Positions 8,367-18,172 of a DNA stretch of 58,554 nucleotides are shown piece by piece. How positions within the stretch are numbered: position 1 is the first letter of the stretch; every line of letters begins with the position of its first letter. The translations under genes and the position numbers were made by a program. The notes beneath the pieces are model-generated. The model was given only the letters and a program-made list of their open reading frames with translations. It made no database searches and had not been told where the DNA came from. Source of the DNA: an uncultured Candidatus Saccharibacteria bacterium (GTDB lineage: Bacteria > Patescibacteriota > Minisyncoccia > Sungbacterales > HO2-52-23). The DNA lies in NCBI GenBank assembly GCA_964585475.1, contig CAZPDF010000007.1, positions 1 through 58,554 of the forward strand, read 5' to 3'.

Positions 8367-9773
8367 ATGCAGTATAAGGTAATTTTGGCTAATTTACTGG
8401 CTATTATTTCCATCACGGCCACGGTGGCGGCTTTTGCATTGCTGGGGCCATTTTACGCTCATGCGGCTGGCGCGCCGCTGGCTACCACGAATCCCGCTGT
8501 GTCGATTACTGCGCGCTCGGCCTTTCTTTACGGTGCCGCAAACCCCAATGGCGCCCTGACCCAGATTTGGTTTGAATTCGGCACCTCCTCAACCTTTGGA
8601 TCCAGAGTGGGTTTGGGTACACTGGGCGACGGAGTCTCGTCCCAGCAATTTTATTTTGAAGTTCCGCGTCTGCAGCCGAATACCACGTATTACTTCCAGG
8701 TGGTTGCGCAAAACCAGTTCGGTACCGTGTCCGGCAATATAAATACCTTTACTACGCTCTCGACCGAGGGTCAGTCCTTTCCGGGACAGGTATCTCCGCC
8801 GAGCTATTCGTCCGGATATTATTCATACTCTCCAACCGTAGTGACTACAACTTTTCTCCCGGGCGTACCGGCAGTTACTACCCGAAACGCTTCGTTAATT
8901 TCTCAAAATTCCGCGCTGCTTAACGGGTCGGTGGATCCCAGCGGCGAAGCGACGCAAGCTTGGTTTGAGTGGGGGACGAGTTTTGCTCTCGGTTCCCAAA
9001 CATTGCGAAGCCCCCTCGGCAACGGCTATTCTCCGCTTGATCACGCCTTTTTACTTACCGGCCTTACCCCCGGCACCACTTATTATTACCGTGCTGTTGC
9101 CGAGAATCGCAACGGCGTAAAATACGGCAACATATTAAGTTTCGCAACTCTTGTTGGGACGCCGGTATCTTCACCGCCGCCCGCTCCCTCGCCCGCCGTG
9201 GTGGTGAGGCAAGCGGTTTCCAGCACCCCTGAGCCAGCAACTTCTTTGCAGCTTGCGCTTTCCGCCGATAAGAAAAATCCGCAGCCGGGGGAGGAAATAA
9301 ATCTTACGGTTGAATATAAAAACGCGGGCCTTGACGCCGTTAAGAATGCGGCGCTGAAAATTATTCTCCCGCCTGAAGTTGCATTTGTCAGCTCAAGCGT
9401 ATCTCCGAGTTTCCAATCTCCAGTCGAACTTCATTTCTCCGTCGGCGAGATTAAGTCGGGCGGGGGGGATTCGATTGTTCTCCTGCTTAAAATAAACCAA
9501 GCGACCCGGAGCGGCTCCGTAATAATTTTCCATTCCTTTATGGAATATCGCGACTCCGCCGGGCACTTTCATTCAAGCGACGCGTTTCTTGCGCTGACCG
9601 TGACCCAAGCGAGCGAGCCGTTTCTCGCCGCGCTTATTAACGGAATTAAAGGCGGATGGGCCTTTATTCTCGGTTTCATATCGGCCTTGGGCCTTGCCCT
9701 TATTTATTATTGGATTTTTCTGCGAGGACGGCCTGATGTTGAGGAGCTTGAGCCGGTGAGAACCAAGATTTAA
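8367..9773 (+). CDS. Cell-surface protein with two FN3-like repeats, a DUF11/CARDB-like domain and a C-terminal TM anchor
   Basis: Signal peptide. Internal repeat (..YGAANPNGALTQIWFEFGTS..NTTYYFQVVAQN.. and ..NGSVDPSGEATQAWFEWGTS..GTTYYYRAVAEN..). Pro-rich linker and C-terminal TM helix. Confidence 0.6.
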   Translation: MQYKVILANLLAIISITATVAAFALLGPFYAHAAGAPLATTNPAVSITARSAFLYGAANPNGALTQIWFEFGTSSTFGSRVGLGTLGDGVSSQQFYFEVPRLQPNTTYYFQVVAQNQFGTVSGNINTFTTLSTEGQSFPGQVSPPSYSSGYYSYSPTVVTTTFLPGVPAVTTRNASLISQNSALLNGSVDPSGEATQAWFEWGTSFALGSQTLRSPLGNGYSPLDHAFLLTGLTPGTTYYYRAVAENRNGVKYGNILSFATLVGTPVSSPPPAPSPAVVVRQAVSSTPEPATSLQLALSADKKNPQPGEEINLTVEYKNAGLDAVKNAALKIILPPEVAFVSSSVSPSFQSPVELHFSVGEIKSGGGDSIVLLLKINQATRSGSVIIFHSFMEYRDSAGHFHSSDAFLALTVTQASEPFLAALINGIKGGWAFILGFISALGLALIYYWIFLRGRPDVEELEPVRTKI

Positions 9774-9824
9774 TCCGTTAGAGACCCGAATGCAAAAAGT
9801 CCACGCCTCGAACGCGCGGGCTTT

Positions 9825-11177
9825 TTGCTGTATGATTGGGGCATGGTCAAACTATCCTTTCACGGAGGCGCGAGAGAAGTTACCGGCGCTTGTTACCTGC
9901 TTGAAACTGCTCGAAGCAGGGCCTTGGTTGACTGCGGACTTTTCCAGGGGTGTGAGGAATCGGCCGATTTAAATTTCAGCGATTTTAAGTTTGATCCGAA
10001 GGCCATAGATGCTCTTTTCGTAACCCATGCCCATCTGGATCATGTCGGGCGGATTCCTAAGCTCGTTGCCGCCGGATTCTCCGGAAAAATTTTCTCCACT
10101 GCCCCAACGCGAGACCTCGCGCGCTTGATACTTGAAGACGCGCTCTCGCTGGCCTCAAAGCAAAAGAACGCTCTCTATACTAAACCGGATCTTGAGCGGA
10201 CGTTTGAATTGTGGGAGCAGATTCCCTACGAGAAAACGGTCGAGATCCAGGACCTGAAATTTAAATTGAACGACGCCGGACACATTTTGGGATCAAGCAT
10301 GATTGAGATTTGGGCCGAAGGAAAGCGCATTCTTTTTACGGGGGACCTCGGCAACGTACCTTCGGCCCTGCTTCCTCATCCAAAATCTTTCAAGGACATA
10401 GAGTACCTTATAATAGAGTCGGCTTACGGCAACCGGGTGCACGAATCGGCCGATGAAAGGGCCTTGAAACTCGAGCGCGTCATGGAGGATACGGTCGCCA
10501 GGGGCGGCACCTTAATGCTGCCTGCTTTTGCCACGGAGCGGACGCAGGACATTCTCTATCTTCTAAACGAGATGCTGTTTTTTAAGAGGATTCCGGAAAT
10601 TCCGGTTTTTGTCGATTCGCCCTTGGCGATAAGAGTCACCGAGGTCTATGAGCGTTATATGGGATATTATAAAGACGAAATTAAGGAACTGTTTCTTAGG
10701 CATCCCAATCTCTTTAAATTTAAAAAATTGCGTTTTACCGAATCGGTAGAGGAGTCAAAGTCGATCAACAATGTTGCTCCGCCCAAGGTCGTTATTGCGG
10801 GATCCGGCATGATGCAGGGCGGGAGGATTTTGCATCATTTGCGCCGCTACCTCCCGGATCCCAAAAGCATGCTTCTTATTGTCGGATTCCAGGCGGCCGG
10901 GTCTTTAGGGCGGCGGCTTATTGACGGCGCGCGTACGATAAAGATTTTCGGCGAAGAAGTTTCGGTTGAGTGCGAAATAAGGAAAATAAACGGTTTCTCC
11001 GCTCACGCCGATGCCCCCCAACTTTTCTCTTTTGTCGAATCAACGCGCGATGCGCTGAAGCGTGTTTTCGTGGTGCAGGGAGAGGAGGCGCAGGCGCTTC
11101 ATTTCATGCAGGAAGTAAAAGACCGGCTCGGGGTCGAGGCCCACGCGCCTATGCTCTATGAGGAATTTGAACTATAA
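9825..11177 (+). CDS. Beta-CASP family metallo-beta-lactamase-fold RNase (RNase J/CPSF-like)
   Basis: HAHLDHVGRIP motif, ESAYGNR, and C-terminal GFSAHAD. The start may be the ATG at 9843. Confidence 0.8.
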   Translation: MLYDWGMVKLSFHGGAREVTGACYLLETARSRALVDCGLFQGCEESADLNFSDFKFDPKAIDALFVTHAHLDHVGRIPKLVAAGFSGKIFSTAPTRDLARLILEDALSLASKQKNALYTKPDLERTFELWEQIPYEKTVEIQDLKFKLNDAGHILGSSMIEIWAEGKRILFTGDLGNVPSALLPHPKSFKDIEYLIIESAYGNRVHESADERALKLERVMEDTVARGGTLMLPAFATERTQDILYLLNEMLFFKRIPEIPVFVDSPLAIRVTEVYERYMGYYKDEIKELFLRHPNLFKFKKLRFTESVEESKSINNVAPPKVVIAGSGMMQGGRILHHLRRYLPDPKSMLLIVGFQAAGSLGRRLIDGARTIKIFGEEVSVECEIRKINGFSAHADAPQLFSFVESTRDALKRVFVVQGEEAQALHFMQEVKDRLGVEAHAPMLYEEFEL

Positions 11178-11186
11178 TAAATGTAA

Positions 11187-11762
11187 ATGAAACCCACCCC
11201 CCACACTCATTTAAAACTCAAAATCTGCGTGTCCGGGGCCTCGGAAACCAGTCATTGCGCCAAAGACGCGCTGGAGAAGACCAAAGAACTCGGTCGGCAG
11301 ATCATCCGGAATAACGCGGTTCTGGTAACCGGTGCTACTACCGGCGCGCCTTTTTGGGCGGCGATTGGCGCGAAAGAAGCCGGTGGCTTTATTATTGGGC
11401 TCTCTCCGGCCTCATCCGAAACTGAACACGTAAGAAAATATAAACTGCCGATTGACTATCATGATGTTATCGTCTACACCGGCTTCGGATATTCCGGAAG
11501 AAACCTGCTTCTTACCCGCGCAGCAGACGCCGTGATTATTACCTGCGGACGTATGGGAACCCTTAATGAATTTACCATAGCCTTCGAGGACGAGAAGCCG
11601 ATTGGGATCCTCACCAATACCGGCGGAATGGCAGACGAAATTGACGGGATTCTTGAGAAAGCGCATCGCGGTCGAGGGAAAGTAGTATTTGACGCGGATC
11701 CTAAAAATTTGGTCGAAAAAATAATCAAATTAATTAAAAAAGAGAAAGTCGTTGAGACGTAG
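11187..11762 (+). CDS. TIGR00725/LOG-like Rossmann-fold protein
   Basis: VTGATTG..GFIIGLSP..GRMGTLNEF pattern. Confidence 0.55.
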   Translation: MKPTPHTHLKLKICVSGASETSHCAKDALEKTKELGRQIIRNNAVLVTGATTGAPFWAAIGAKEAGGFIIGLSPASSETEHVRKYKLPIDYHDVIVYTGFGYSGRNLLLTRAADAVIITCGRMGTLNEFTIAFEDEKPIGILTNTGGMADEIDGILEKAHRGRGKVVFDADPKNLVEKIIKLIKKEKVVET

Positions 11763-11765
11763 TTT

Positions 11766-11843
11766 TACGAAATACGAATTTTTACGAATTTACGAATTGC
11801 GTCTTCAGTATTCGTATATTCGTACCGATTAGTATTTCGTAAA
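11766..11843. repeat. Low-complexity word hairpin (TACGAA/ATTCGTA words)
   Basis: The TACGAAATACGAATTTTTACGAATTTACGAATT arm faces the ATTCGTATATTCGTA..TATTTCGTAAA arm. Confidence 0.6.
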
Positions 11844-11847
11844 GAAT

Positions 11848-12096
11848 ATGGAAGAACAAGTAGGAAAAATCATCCATTTCTACGACAAAATTTCGGTTGC
11901 GGTGGTGCGGTTGGAGGCCGGGCTCAAAGCTGGCGACACGATTCACGTGAAAGGCAACGTGACAGATTTTGAACAGGCGGTGGAATCCATGCAGCTTGAT
12001 CACCAGGCGGTTGATTCCGCGGGTAAGGGAGAGGAGGTGGCGGTGAAACTGGGCGGGAAGGCCCGGGAAGGAGACATAGTTTACCGCAAATCCTAA
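11848..12096 (+). CDS. Small beta-barrel protein resembling EF-Tu domain 2
   Basis: 82 aa, with a GDTIHVKG .. GEEVAVKL .. EGDIVY pattern. Confidence 0.45.
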   Translation: MEEQVGKIIHFYDKISVAVVRLEAGLKAGDTIHVKGNVTDFEQAVESMQLDHQAVDSAGKGEEVAVKLGGKAREGDIVYRKS

Positions 12097-12199
12097 ATTC
12101 TAATTTCTAAACCCTAAACAATATCAAATATCAAAATCCAAAACTTTTTTGAGATTTGAGTTTTGGATTTGTTTAGAATTTAGAGTTTAGAATTTGGGG
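12092..12199. repeat. Low-complexity word hairpin (CTAAA/TTTAG words)
   Basis: CCTAAATTCTAATTTCTAAACCCTAAAC..AAAATCCAAAAC faces GTTTTGGATTTGTTTAGAATTTAGAGTTTAGAATTTGGGG. Confidence 0.65.
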
Positions 12200-12206
12200 T
12201 TTTTAT

Positions 12207-13358
12207 TTGTCTTACGGGCATACGGAGCTTATGATGAAGTTTCTTGAAGCAGTGCTTATACTCTCCGGGATGATCATCGGCGTGGGGATGTTCGGCATCC
12301 CTTTTTCGTTCGTGCGCGCGGGATTTGTTCTCGGGGCGCTTGAACTTCTTCTTCTTTCCGGGGTAGTTCTCATGTTTCACCTTCTTTACGGAGAGGTCGT
12401 TTTGAAGACCCCCGCGTTCCACCGTCTCCCTGGCTATGTGGCTTTGTATCTAGGACCCCGGGCCGCGCTCATTTCATGGGCCTCGGCCCTTTTTGGAATT
12501 TCGGGAACGCTTCTCGTTTATCTAGTGCTTGGCACCTTATTTCTAAAAAACCTCGCTCTGCGCACCGCTGGCGCATCGAGCGAATTTTTGCTTGTCGCCC
12601 TCATTGTGATTTTCGGTGCGGCAGTTACTTTTTTCCCGCCCAAAAAAGAGGCGCTGGTGAACGGCATTCTCACGGGCCTCCTTATACTTTTTATTATTTC
12701 CCTCTCGGTTCTTCTGATCCCGCAGGTGCAAACAGAAAATTTATACGGGTTTCACCCGAAAAACGTCTTCGTTCCCTATGGCATCCTTCTTTTTGCGCTA
12801 TCCGGCGGAGTGGTGATCCCCGACCTGATTACTCTTCTCGGACGCGAGCGTAGAAAAAGTCTCTCGGCGATAACCGCCGGGTCTCTTATTCCTTCGGCGG
12901 TCTATTTTATATTTGCGTTGGCAGTGGTCGGGGTTACCGGGGGCAATACCAGCGAGGAGGCGATTCAAGGGCTCGGGCGGGTTTTGGGGAGCTGGATGGT
13001 TCTTGTGGGAAGCGCCATAGGGTTCCTCGCAGTATTCACCTCTTATATTGTGCTCTCCTCAAGCTTCCAGGCCTTACTCCGCCTGGACTTCCGAGCTCCG
13101 AAATACGCGGCGTGGGCCGTTGCTTCCTTGATCCCCGTCTTTCTTTATTTTCTCGGCTTCCAAAATTTTATTTTGATTATCGGCGCCGTCGGCGCGATTG
13201 CTGTCGGCATAGACTCGCTTCTTATTCTGGTGATGCATTATAGGCTGCGTAAAGCCGAGGGCGTTGCCATGTCCTTTTTTTCTTACGCTTGGAGAGCGGG
13301 AATTTTTGCCGTGATCGCGGCAGGGGTTCTCTATGAGAGTGTGGTGCTTAGTTTTTAA
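12207..13358 (+). CDS. Amino-acid permease-like transporter (about 11 TM)
   Basis: Polytopic membrane protein. TTG start in the track; an ATG at 12231 is an alternative. Confidence 0.55.
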   Translation: MSYGHTELMMKFLEAVLILSGMIIGVGMFGIPFSFVRAGFVLGALELLLLSGVVLMFHLLYGEVVLKTPAFHRLPGYVALYLGPRAALISWASALFGISGTLLVYLVLGTLFLKNLALRTAGASSEFLLVALIVIFGAAVTFFPPKKEALVNGILTGLLILFIISLSVLLIPQVQTENLYGFHPKNVFVPYGILLFALSGGVVIPDLITLLGRERRKSLSAITAGSLIPSAVYFIFALAVVGVTGGNTSEEAIQGLGRVLGSWMVLVGSAIGFLAVFTSYIVLSSSFQALLRLDFRAPKYAAWAVASLIPVFLYFLGFQNFILIIGAVGAIAVGIDSLLILVMHYRLRKAEGVAMSFFSYAWRAGIFAVIAAGVLYESVVLSF

Positions 13359-13368
13359 AAAGACCAAA

Positions 13369-16014
13369 ATGGTAGAGGAGCTTGTATCAAAAATTTCTCG
13401 CGACGTCGTGCGTCATCCCTTCTGGGCTATGAGTCCTGAAGAGATTTTGAAGGTGCTCGAAACCAACTCGGACGGGTTGGGCGACGAGGAAATTTTACGC
13501 AGGCGAAATATTTTTGGCCCCAACGCAATCCAAGAACAGCGCCATCTTACACGATTGAAAATTATCTTCAATCAATTACGAAGCCCTCTGATCCTCGTTC
13601 TTATCGCGGCCGGCTCCATAACGTTGATTCTTAAAGACTGGCTGGATGCTGCGGTAATTTTTGCCGCGGTTTTGGCTAACACCGCGTTTGGGTTCTATCA
13701 AGAAAATAAAGCGGAGCACGCGGTAGCGCTTCTCAAAACCTATCTTCGCACCCGGGCCCGAGTGCGAAGAGGCGGGAGCGAACACGAGTTGGATGCCGAG
13801 GAACTCGTGCCGGGAGACGTCATACATATTTCGCAGGGTGACCGTATTCCAGCAGACGCCCGCATAATTTTCGCCAACGACCTGGAGGTGGACGAATCCG
13901 TATTAACCGGAGAATCTTTGCCCGAGGAGAAAAATTCTCGTCTGTTGCCCGTAGGCGTGGGGCTCGCCGATCGAACCTCCATGGTTTTTAGCGGAACGCT
14001 CGTGGTTGGGGGGCTTGGAGATGCGGCGATAACCGCGACCGGAAGCGCAACGGAGTTCGGAAAAATTGCGGCTTTGATTGCAAGTCGAGGCAACGAGGCG
14101 ACCCCGCTTCAGCGTGCCATATCCCGTTTCACTTTTCATGCCGGTCTGGTTATCGGGGTGTTGGTTGCCGCCCTTTTTCTTTTGGGAGTCTCGGCCGGGT
14201 ATGGAATTTTTGAGATGTTTTTCATTGCGGTTGCGGTTGCGGTCTCCGCGGTTCCCGAGGGGCTTCCGGTTGCCCTGACCGTCATCCTGGCCGTGGGTGT
14301 GGAGCGTCTGGCCAAGCGTAAAGGTATTGTGCGCCGCCTTCTTGCCGCAGAAACCTTGGGATCCACCAGTATTATCTTGACCGACAAGACCGGAACCCTG
14401 ACGCAGGCCAAGATGGAGCTGGCCGAAGTGTTGGCGTGGGACGAAAAAGAAGGAAATTGGGATACTTCGGAGGGGCCGGTTAAAAAAGTGCTTAGTCGGG
14501 CCTTGGTGAACACCGACGTCGTGGTTGAGAACCCGGGAGAGAATCCGGGTTCTTGGCGTATGTTTGGCCGGGCGCTTGAGGTGGCGCTGGTACGCGGGTC
14601 TGCCGAGCGCGGCATTGCGTTGCCCAACGTCCTCTCTAAAACCCGAGTCGTAGAGCGCTTGCCCTTCAGCTCCGAACACAAGTTCTCCGCAACCATTTCG
14701 CATGCGGAGGATGCGGCTCGTTTTATCATTTTCGGGGCGCCGGAGATAATCCTCGGGTTTACGGGTATCCATGAGAAGAAAAAGGCGGCGATTGCGGGAG
14801 AAATAGCGAAACGGGCCTTGATGGGCGGACGGATTCTCGGCGTGATTGCCAAAGAAATCTCACGAAATCATACGAAAATCGGCCAGAGCCCCGCTTTTGA
14901 AGGATTTGATTTTTTGGGGATCCTTGCGTTTCGTGATCCCCTAAGACCGCACGTGCGGGATTCAATTCGTATGATCGGACAGGCCGGAGTGCGGACCGTA
15001 ATTGTCACCGGAGACCATCAAGGCACGGCCGAAGCAGTGGCGAGGGAGCTGGGCATGATTGACGGCGAGGGCGCCGTGCTTAACGGAGAGGACCTTGGGT
15101 TTTTGAGTAAGGATGAGCTTCGCGCGCGAGCCCGCGAGGTTTCGGTGTATGCCAGGGTAACTCCGGCTCAAAAAGTAATGTTGGTGGAGCTCTATCAAAA
15201 CGAAGGAGAAATAGTTGCGGTAACAGGGGACGGCGTTAATGACGCGCCGGCCCTGAAGACAGCCGACATAGGTATTGCCGTAGGTTCGGGTACGGACGTT
15301 GCAAAGAGTGCGGCCGACCTCGTGATTCTGGATGACAATTTTGAGACGCTTGTTGCGGCCATTGAAGAAGGGCGGCGGATCCTCGATAATATCCGTAAAG
15401 TGGTTGTTTATCTTCTTTCCAATTCCTTTGATGAACTTTTGCTTATCGGGGGATCGCTCCTAGCGGGGCTTGTCCTCCCGCTTACCGCACTTCAAATATT
15501 ATTTGTAAATTTTTTCTCGGATAGTTTCCCTGCGCTTGCCTTGGCTTTTGAGAAGGGGATTGACGGACTCGGCTCGCGTCCTCGGAAACTTGCCCGTAAG
15601 ATTTTCGATCGGGAAATGAAGTTTTTGATTTTAATCATTGGCGTTTTCACCTCGTTTCTGCTTTTTGCATTGTATTATTTTCTTCTGCGCTTCGGGTTTA
15701 CGCCGGAATTGGTGCGAACATTTATTTTTGCATCCTTTGGGACCTATACGCTATTTCTTTCTTTCTCCATGCGGAGTCTGGAAAAAAGCATACTCTCCTA
15801 TAGCCCTTTTGAGAACATATACCTGGTTTTTGGGGCGGGATTGGGGGCTGTGCTTACCGCACTCGTTCTTTACGTCCCGCCGTTGCAGGAGGTTTTCGGG
15901 ACCGTTTCCTTGCCGCCGTTTTGGGTTGCGGCGGTGTTGGGGGTTGGGCTTCTTAATATTGGCGCGGTAGAATTCGGGAAGTGGCTTTTCCGGCGCCGTA
16001 TTCTTGATAAATAA
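13369..16014 (+). CDS. Cation-transporting P-type ATPase (type II, Ca2+/Mg2+-like)
   Basis: DKTGTLT phosphorylation site, TGES, TGDGVNDAPAL hinge, about 10 TM helices. ATG 13369 is preferred because it avoids overlap with the upstream gene. Confidence 0.85.
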   Translation: MVEELVSKISRDVVRHPFWAMSPEEILKVLETNSDGLGDEEILRRRNIFGPNAIQEQRHLTRLKIIFNQLRSPLILVLIAAGSITLILKDWLDAAVIFAAVLANTAFGFYQENKAEHAVALLKTYLRTRARVRRGGSEHELDAEELVPGDVIHISQGDRIPADARIIFANDLEVDESVLTGESLPEEKNSRLLPVGVGLADRTSMVFSGTLVVGGLGDAAITATGSATEFGKIAALIASRGNEATPLQRAISRFTFHAGLVIGVLVAALFLLGVSAGYGIFEMFFIAVAVAVSAVPEGLPVALTVILAVGVERLAKRKGIVRRLLAAETLGSTSIILTDKTGTLTQAKMELAEVLAWDEKEGNWDTSEGPVKKVLSRALVNTDVVVENPGENPGSWRMFGRALEVALVRGSAERGIALPNVLSKTRVVERLPFSSEHKFSATISHAEDAARFIIFGAPEIILGFTGIHEKKKAAIAGEIAKRALMGGRILGVIAKEISRNHTKIGQSPAFEGFDFLGILAFRDPLRPHVRDSIRMIGQAGVRTVIVTGDHQGTAEAVARELGMIDGEGAVLNGEDLGFLSKDELRARAREVSVYARVTPAQKVMLVELYQNEGEIVAVTGDGVNDAPALKTADIGIAVGSGTDVAKSAADLVILDDNFETLVAAIEEGRRILDNIRKVVVYLLSNSFDELLLIGGSLLAGLVLPLTALQILFVNFFSDSFPALALAFEKGIDGLGSRPRKLARKIFDREMKFLILIIGVFTSFLLFALYYFLLRFGFTPELVRTFIFASFGTYTLFLSFSMRSLEKSILSYSPFENIYLVFGAGLGAVLTALVLYVPPLQEVFGTVSLPPFWVAAVLGVGLLNIGAVEFGKWLFRRRILDK

Positions 16015-16054
16015 TGGTATAGGTTTAGACATGTAAGCACTTGATAGTACCGCC

Positions 16055-16222
16055 ATGGTTAAGAAACTTTTTGGGATATTTTTAATCATCGTTGGGCTGG
16101 CGGCACTTGCCATTCCCTTGGTGCCCGGTGTTTTTCTTATCTTCATGGGGCTTTATCTTTTTGGCGGAGGAGGATATGTCCGGCAATGGAAGGAGAAACG
16201 AAAAATTTCAAAACCGCAATAA
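16055..16222 (+). CDS. Small 2-TM membrane protein (55 aa), not in the ORF track
   Basis: ATG at 16055, stop at 16220-16222. MVKKLFGIFLIIVGLAALAIPLVPGVFLIFMGLYLFG. Confidence 0.35.
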   Translation: MVKKLFGIFLIIVGLAALAIPLVPGVFLIFMGLYLFGGGGYVRQWKEKRKISKPQ

Positions 16223-16359
16223 AATCGGCGAAGTATTTAAAAAACAGGTTGAGGTTAAAATCTCCCGTGCGAAAGAGGGGGGTGTGGTAAAGATAACCAT
16301 TGACTTTCTAACGATGCAGTAATAACCTTCCTGTAGGATCCAGTTAACGGAAGGAATAA

Positions 16360-16761
16360 ATGCTTAGGATTGCTTTTCTAGCTGTCTTGTTGCTGGTTGT
16401 TCAGGCATGCGCGATTGTTACCACATACCCCGTTCCCGACCCTTCACAATTTAAGGTCAGGTATCTATGCCGAGACGTAAAATCAGATCCCCCGCGGGCA
16501 CAGCTAGAACGCCTTCGACCACACGAAGGAGATATGTACTCGGACGATAATGCGTATGTTGATACAATTACTGTATTCAAAAACAGGGCACAATTTGTAG
16601 AATATTCGGCGACCAAGAGCGGAAAGCTAACTGTTAAATATTATGTCAACCTTGGTTGGAAATGGCAGAAAGTTAGTTATCAAGAGCAGTGGGATCTCAT
16701 ATCGATGGATTTGCCAGGCTATCTTGACGGCAAAAGCTTTAAGTGCGGTCGAGTTAGTTGA
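16360..16761 (+). CDS. Putative lipoprotein
   Basis: Signal peptide ending in the lipobox-like LLVVQAC. Confidence 0.5.
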   Translation: MLRIAFLAVLLLVVQACAIVTTYPVPDPSQFKVRYLCRDVKSDPPRAQLERLRPHEGDMYSDDNAYVDTITVFKNRAQFVEYSATKSGKLTVKYYVNLGWKWQKVSYQEQWDLISMDLPGYLDGKSFKCGRVS

Positions 16762-16808
16762 GTTTCAAGCCGCATTCGCGGCTTCTTTTATTTATGGTTT
16801 TATCAAGG

Positions 16809-16844
16809 TTACTAAAGTATTGACGATCGTCAATACTTTAGTAA
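16809..16844. promoter_or_regulatory. Perfect 36-bp palindrome (candidate operator overlapping a promoter)
   Basis: TTACTAAAGTATTGACGATCGTCAATACTTTAGTAA. Contains TTGACG with TAATAT 16 nt downstream. Confidence 0.55.
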
Positions 16845-16845
16845 T

Positions 16846-17472
16846 ATGGGGGGTATGGGAAAGGCGGTTGAGACAATTCTTAAGGTGCTTCAAAACGGCG
16901 CGGAGGCGACCGTTACTATAATGGATACTCTTTTGGTTGGGCACGCGGCAAGCCCCCGTCCTTATTATAGAATGAAATACGAACCGACCCGTTTCAAAGG
17001 TGACTGGGCCGAGCTTTATCGGCGCCGGCAGGCCTTCTATTCGCTTCTTAATCAGCTTAAGCGCGAAGGTCTTATTAAGAAAACACAGTTGAGAGAAAAA
17101 ACGTTTTGGAGTATAACGCGAAGGGGTCGCGAACATTTTACTAAAATTTGGCTACGTAATTCTCGGAGGGATAAGACAGTTAAGAGTGAGCCACCTTTGC
17201 CAAAAAAGAAGTATAATGTTAGACCCATCAAAAGTTTGGTTATTGTTTCTTTTGACGTCCCGGAGTACGCGAGGAAGCGCCGAAATTGGCTCCGCGCATA
17301 TCTAGTAAGCTTCGGGCTTAAGAAGCTACAGAAAAGCGTCTGGGTGGGAAAGTGCGGAATACCGGAAGAATTTATACGGGACCTTAAGGACCTAGAAATG
17401 CTTGCTTGGGTGCAGATCTTTTCAGTTACCAGGCGCGGAACCATGACAAATGTGGTTTCCAAGAGAGCCTAA
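16846..17472 (+). CDS. Winged-HTH plus Cas2-like (PaaX-like) domain protein, putative regulator
   Basis: C-terminal LVIVSFDVPEYARKRRNWLRAYLVSFGLKKLQKSVWV matches the Cas2 beta-alpha-beta core pattern. The N-terminal part is wHTH-like. The start may be the ATG at 16855. Confidence 0.5.
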   Translation: MGGMGKAVETILKVLQNGAEATVTIMDTLLVGHAASPRPYYRMKYEPTRFKGDWAELYRRRQAFYSLLNQLKREGLIKKTQLREKTFWSITRRGREHFTKIWLRNSRRDKTVKSEPPLPKKKYNVRPIKSLVIVSFDVPEYARKRRNWLRAYLVSFGLKKLQKSVWVGKCGIPEEFIRDLKDLEMLAWVQIFSVTRRGTMTNVVSKRA

Positions 17473-17490
17473 AACGGCGCGGCGGCGTTG

Positions 17491-17532
17491 CCTCTACTAA
17501 AGTTTTGACGATCGTCAAAGCTTTAGTAGAGG
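17491..17532. promoter_or_regulatory. 42-bp near-perfect palindrome, paralogous to 16809-16844
   Basis: CCTCTACTAAAGTTTTGACGATCGTCAAAGCTTTAGTAGAGG. Lies between convergent genes and may double as a terminator. Confidence 0.5.
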
Positions 17533-17563
17533 GGGACGAGGGGGTATAAAAAAGATCGGCCGT

Positions 17564-18115
17564 CTAGACCGATTTTTTGGTAAAGAAATATTGGACGATC
17601 TCCCAAATGGCAGCAAGAGTAAAGGGGATATTGAGGAGGAAGAATGGTAGTGACCACACACTATAGGAGTAATAGGCCATAAGCGCGCCTCCAAACGTAA
17701 AGAGGATATTTCCAGAAAGGCGCGGTGCAAATACAACCCCGAATGCAAGTCCCAGAAGCGCAAGAGCCCCCGAGAGATTATGTGTTTCCTCAAAATCTCC
17801 TCTACGGAGCGCACTCATAAATATGAGTACAGTCAGGAAACTGATAACTACTGGGGCCCCAGGCGCTACAAGTACACGCATCAGCGAAGCAACCGCGATG
17901 ATGGTTTGCGCAGCAACAAATACTGGGTTATTCATGTAGACCGCAAAAGACCAGAGCAAGGTGACACCGATAAGGAATAACCACGCCTGCCGCTTCTTAT
18001 CAAGGATTCCCCGGGTCGAAATTATCAATCCAAAGTAGGCGAGGGCATGGAAAACTGTATTCCAAAAAGTAGTAAAACCAAGTGTATTGAGTAACGCTTG
18101 CCAATCTTGCGGCAT
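17564..18115 (-). CDS. Polytopic membrane protein (about 6 TM), function unknown
   Basis: Hydrophobic helices throughout, no diagnostic motif. Confidence 0.5.
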   Translation of the reverse strand: MPQDWQALLNTLGFTTFWNTVFHALAYFGLIISTRGILDKKRQAWLFLIGVTLLWSFAVYMNNPVFVAAQTIIAVASLMRVLVAPGAPVVISFLTVLIFMSALRRGDFEETHNLSGALALLGLAFGVVFAPRLSGNILFTFGGALMAYYSYSVWSLPFFLLNIPFTLAAIWEIVQYFFTKKSV

Positions 18116-18172
18116 AACGATCTTTCCCCGTTGTTTTGGTGCCGAATCTACGCTATCATTATAGGGATTTAA

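Noticed and set aside
13576-15198. Antisense and off-frame ORFs within the P-type ATPase gene (for example 13903-14772 and 14136-14852, minus strand).
   Set aside because: They lie wholly inside a gene with unambiguous P-type ATPase motifs and have low-complexity Arg/Pro/Gly-rich products.
16092-16322. A 76-aa ORF at 16092-16322.
   Set aside because: It overlaps, in another frame, the better-supported 55-aa membrane-protein ORF (16055-16222), and its product is low in complexity.
16846-17472. A CRISPR-Cas locus, suggested by the Cas2-like domain.
   Set aside because: No repeat-spacer array and no other cas gene lie nearby. The Cas2-like fold fused to a wHTH fits PaaX-like regulators better.
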